Of a stretch of 64,000 nucleotides of DNA, positions 62,005 to 64,000 are shown one piece after another. Position 1 is the stretch's first letter. Each line of letters starts with the position of its first letter. Source of the DNA: Octopus sinensis (Eukaryota); contig NC_043014.1 of the NCBI RefSeq assembly GCF_006345805.1, positions 40,424,001-40,488,000 on the forward strand, given 5' to 3'. The notes below the pieces were generated by a model. That model was given only the letters and a program-made list of their open reading frames with translations, had not been told where the DNA came from and did no database searches. Made by a program: the position numbers and the translations under genes.

Positions 62005-62280
62005 GTATATATTATATTATATATATATATATATATTATATATATATATATATATACACACATATATATATATAGGATAATATCCACACACATTAATTAT
62101 ATATACACACACATATATATAATTATATATTATATATATTATATATATCTTACACAATATATATATATAGATATCTTATAACAGTAATATATATATATTA
62201 TATAACATATATATATCTATATATAGACATATATATTATATCTTATATATACATTTATATATATATATATATATATATTC

Positions 62281-62320
<40 letters not shown>

Positions 62321-62321
62321 C

Positions 62322-62353
<32 letters not shown>

Positions 62354-62482
62354 ATTTATATATATACATATATATATATAATATATATATATATATATCT
62401 ATAATATCCATATATATATATATATAGTATTATCATATATATATATATATAGACATATATATATATATATCATATATATACA

Positions 62483-62555
<73 letters not shown>

Positions 62556-62623
62556 TATATATATAATATATATATACTATTATAACATATATATATATAT
62601 AATATATATATAATATATATACA

Positions 62624-62654
<31 letters not shown>

Positions 62655-62836
62655 TAACATAATAATAATATATATACATATATATATATATATAATATAC
62701 ATTATATATATATATAGCTATATATATATATACATATTATAATATATATATATATATACACACATAATATATATATATATATATAATATATATATAACAG
62801 ATATTATATATATATTATATATTACACATATATATA

Positions 62837-62899
<63 letters not shown>

Positions 62900-62903
62900 C
62901 AAC

Positions 62904-62947
<44 letters not shown>

Positions 62948-63000
62948 TATATACATACATATAGATATATATATATATATATACACCACACAATATATAT

Positions 63001-63041
<41 letters not shown>

Positions 63042-63096
63042 TACATATAGATATATATATATACACACATATATATACCATATATATAATATATAG

Positions 63097-63137
<41 letters not shown>

Positions 63138-63181
63138 ACAATATATATATATATAGATATATTACATACACATATATATAC

Positions 63182-63248
<67 letters not shown>

Positions 63249-63273
63249 ATATATACATATATTATATATATAT

Positions 63274-63305
<32 letters not shown>

Positions 63306-63444
63306 TATACATACATACACACACACTCACATATATATACATACACACACACCACACATATAAACATACATACACACACAGCAACCATATATATACATAC
63401 ACCACACAACACATATATACTTACACAACCACAACACACAATAT

Positions 63445-63480
<36 letters not shown>

Positions 63481-63616
63481 AATATATATATACATATATA
63501 TATACACATATATATACATACACACACCACACACACATATAAACATACATACACACACACACATATATATACATACACACACACACACATATATACATAC
63601 ACACACACACACATAT

Positions 63617-63647
<31 letters not shown>

Positions 63648-63650
63648 TTT
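61866..63650. repeat. Degenerate (TA)n tract of about 1.8 kb grading into CA/TA
   Basis: Directly visible. Confidence 0.97.
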
Positions 63651-63789
63651 GTGAAATAGAAAGATGAATAATCTTGTTGCAGATTAATCAAAAGTTTGAT
63701 AAACAGTTTGGCCATGGGCTCTTAGGAGCTTCGTTCGATTTGTTTTGCTCCGCCTCTGTTCTGTTTTTGTTTTTTCCAACGGATTTCCT

Positions 63790-63880
63790 ATTTCTTCCTG
63801 AAGAGAAAGACACAATATGGTGTCCTGATTCAATCGGAATTTGGTAAAATTGTGGCTTTCGAAACACGTGTAGATGCAAT
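63790..63880 (+). ncRNA. Type I hammerhead ribozyme motif with extended stem II, in a Penelope-LTR-like island (about 63650-63915)
   Basis: ATTTCTTC-CTGAAGA-GAAAG..CTTTC-GAAAC ACGT GTA-GATGCAAT followed by AATAAAA. Confidence 0.65.
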
Positions 63881-64000
63881 AATAAAACGATTCTGTTCAA
63901 TCTTCGTTCAACTCCATTTCTTCAATTCACTAATATTATATATATATAGATATATATATATATATATTATATATAGATATATTATATATATATTATATAT

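Noticed and set aside
24469-63880. Idea that sense-strand hammerheads are selectively inactivated
   Set aside because: The sense copies at 45535, 51927 and 63790 keep intact core boxes, and the sample is too small to test strand bias.
63688-63900. 70-aa minus-strand ORF, or the next dynein exon, in the terminal island
   Set aside because: No frame resembles the expected LVGDVLL..SYSGPF segment or any protein I recognise. The island is better explained as a hammerhead-bearing repeat.

Overview
AT-rich, repeat-dense animal genomic DNA. The SINE, MITE and LINE repertoire looks like that of an octopus (inference). The window lies inside one long + strand gene for an outer-arm axonemal dynein heavy chain (DNAH5/DNAH8 type). 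Sixteen GT-AG exons (3474-59431, 3152 nt, about 1050 aa) splice in frame and cover the end of AAA2, AAA3 (GEQGTAKT), AAA4 (GVGGSGKQ) and the stalk with the microtubule-binding domain. One expected exon of about 55 aa in AAA4 is absent and probably lies in the 100-N gap at 37921-38020. The introns hold several tRNA-derived SINE families, RTE, CR1-like and Penelope relics, mariner, piggyBac-like, hAT-like and Helitron-like elements, foldback elements and long microsatellites. The most interesting signal is a set of minimal type I hammerhead-ribozyme motifs in short Penelope- or retrozyme-like elements. One is a two-copy, roughly 250-nt structured family with intact catalytic cores. Another is a sense-strand copy with an extended stem II. 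Also notable are a partial exon duplication that creates a possible in-frame 81-nt cryptic exon, SINE multimers sharing one junction, and a large nested palindrome next to the gap. All calls were made by eye, and repeat boundaries are approximate.
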